DNA of 62,903 nucleotides, the filler included, from Octopus bimaculoides (taxonomy: Eukaryota): the NCBI RefSeq assembly GCF_001194135.2. It is 5 parts of 4 records of this genome, joined end to end, with 100 filler letters (N's around TTAATTAATTAA, not from the genome) between each part and the next. Parts side by side here need not be neighbours in the genome. Positions count along the whole stretch, not along the records: positions 53,681 to 62,903 come from NC_069004.1; 4 more parts are not named here. One strand, given 5' to 3'. The notes under the pieces were generated by a model. The model saw only the letters and a program-made list of their open reading frames with translations, was not told where the DNA came from and did no database searches. Position numbers and translations under genes: made by a program. Positions 61,042 to 62,903 of this stretch are shown here, in pieces (the first letter of the stretch is position 1; every line of letters begins with the position of its first letter).

Positions 61042-62424
61042 NNNNNNNNNNNNNNNNNNNNNNNNNNNNNNNNNNNNNNNNNNNNNNNNNNNNNNNNNNN
61101 NNNNNNNNNNNNNNNNNNNNNNNNNNNNNNNNNNNNNNNNNNNNNNNNNNNNNNNNNNNNNNNNNNNNNNNNNNNNNNNNNNNNNNNNNNNNNNNNNNNN
61201 NNNNNNNNNNNNNNNNNNNNNNNNNNNNNNNNNNNNNNNNNNNNNNNNNNNNNNNNNNNNNNNNNNNNNNNNNNNNNNNNNNNNNNNNNNNNNNNNNNNN
61301 NNNNNNNNNNNNNNNNNNNNNNNNNNNNNNNNNNNNNNNNNNNNNNNNNNNNNNNNNNNNNNNNNNNNNNNNNNNNNNNNNNNNNNNNNNNNNNNNNNNN
61401 NNNNNNNNNNNNNNNNNNNNNNNNNNNNNNNNNNNNNNNNNNNNNNNNNNNNNNNNNNNNNNNNNNNNNNNNNNNNNNNNNNNNNNNNNNNNNNNNNNNN
61501 NNNNNNNNNNNNNNNNNNNNNNNNNNNNNNNNNNNNNNNNNNNNNNNNNNNNNNNNNNNNNNNNNNNNNNNNNNNNNNNNNNNNNNNNNNNNNNNNNNNN
61601 NNNNNNNNNNNNNNNNNNNNNNNNNNNNNNNNNNNNNNNNNNNNNNNNNNNNNNNNNNNNNNNNNNNNNNNNNNNNNNNNNNNNNNNNNNNNNNNNNNNN
61701 NNNNNNNNNNNNNNNNNNNNNNNNNNNNNNNNNNNNNNNNNNNNNNNNNNNNNNNNNNNNNNNNNNNNNNNNNNNNNNNNNNNNNNNNNNNNNNNNNNNN
61801 NNNNNNNNNNNNNNNNNNNNNNNNNNNNNNNNNNNNNNNNNNNNNNNNNNNNNNNNNNNNNNNNNNNNNNNNNNNNNNNNNNNNNNNNNNNNNNNNNNNN
61901 NNNNNNNNNNNNNNNNNNNNNNNNNNNNNNNNNNNNNNNNNNNNNNNNNNNNNNNNNNNNNNNNNNNNNNNNNNNNNNNNNNNNNNNNNNNNNNNNNNNN
62001 NNNNNNGCCACCACCCCTACACTGAAATTGCTGGCCTTGAGCCAAAATTTGAAACCAATATTATACTTTACATTATTCTATCGAAATAAATCTTTTTTTA
62101 CCATTACCCATTTCTAGTGGAAAGATGTGGCGCTGGTAGCTGTCGTAAAAACTTGCAGTAAGATCTTTCAGAAACGTTACTGCTTGGGGTGGAGTTTCAA
62201 CAAATCAGGTTTCAAGATATTTACAACACTACAAGCTGGAAAACGAAACTATTTTGGTGTCCCCGAGGAATTTTTGTGGATGTCTGCAGTACTTTGAAAT
62301 ATTAGAAAGAAACTGAAGAAAAAAAAGATGAGTGATGGGGGTGGGGAGAAAATGAGATTCTGGTTGTTGGATAGACTTCACAAAACGCTGTTTCTTGATA
62401 TTGTTTTTAATGTTGTTGTTGTTG

Positions 62425-62505
62425 TACTTAAGTAGCTGAGCATTTCACAGACACGTGTACCCTGAACGTAATTGGTTGGCAGATATCGAGTGACACAGTG
62501 TGCGC
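62425..62505 (-). mobile_element. Family A SINE 3'-body fragment
   Basis: gctgagcatttcacagacacgtgtaccctgaacgta..gtgacacagtgtg is complementary to about 21885-21955. Confidence 0.6.
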
Positions 62506-62903
62506 GCGCGTTACTGTAAGTGTTTGACGAGGCTTCACCATTTCAGTTACAGGTGGAATCTATCCATCAGGTTTTTATAGACGTAAGAATACCCGCCTAT
62601 TTCCACCGGCAAAATTAAGCGGAATAAATCTTGTGGAAAACGTAAAACACACGCACGCACACACACACACACACTCCCCCTCAAAAAGAAACAAAAACAA
62701 AAAAAACTACTGTTCATTACTTGCATATTTCTAACAGCGCTGTCTTGGTACATAGATTTATATTGCGGCTGCCAACCTTGTACTAGTTATATAAATATAT
62801 TTATGTTGGTAATAAATAGCTTGTTTTCCTTGTTTTAAGACGCGAAGACAAATTCTTTATAAGTTTGTCTGTTGTCTCTTGGAAGGTAGTCTTCGAGATC
62901 ACC

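Noticed and set aside
110-62117. Many ORF-track entries rich in YI/CV/HT/poly-I/poly-X
   Set aside because: They are translations of (TA)n, (GT)n, (ATT)n microsatellites or N runs and have no coding support.
62118-62297. 59-codon open frame after a plausible acceptor (cccatttctag)
   Set aside because: No recognisable domain or donor site; the length is within chance expectation.

Overview
AT-rich, microsatellite-dense eukaryotic genomic DNA with many assembly gaps. The repeat families and repeat load look like a cephalopod (Octopus-type) draft assembly; this is an inference, not a database result. The window is mostly decayed transposons: several tRNA-derived SINE families, a near-full-length broken CR1 LINE, R4/Dong- and CRE-type RLE retrotransposon ends, Penelope-like remnants, a Tx1/L1-type ORF1, a Gypsy integrase, mariner derivatives and fold-back elements. 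One clear host gene is present: an intronless 428-aa ORF (18196-19482, +) with TWO tandem EB1/MAPRE-type calponin-homology domains and no EBH dimerisation domain or acidic aromatic tail. It has a compact TATA/CRE-like upstream region and a downstream AATAAA, and is the best candidate for something undescribed. Other leads: a dense housekeeping-promoter motif cluster with no visible gene (24985-25150), a basic 170-aa orphan ORF (55767-56279), young 208-bp inverted repeats around old sequence, a mariner fold-back hairpin and a degenerate hammerhead core at a Penelope-like 3' end. No CRISPR array, rRNA or true tRNA gene was seen. All family assignments are by-eye motif recognition, and the boundaries of decayed elements are approximate.
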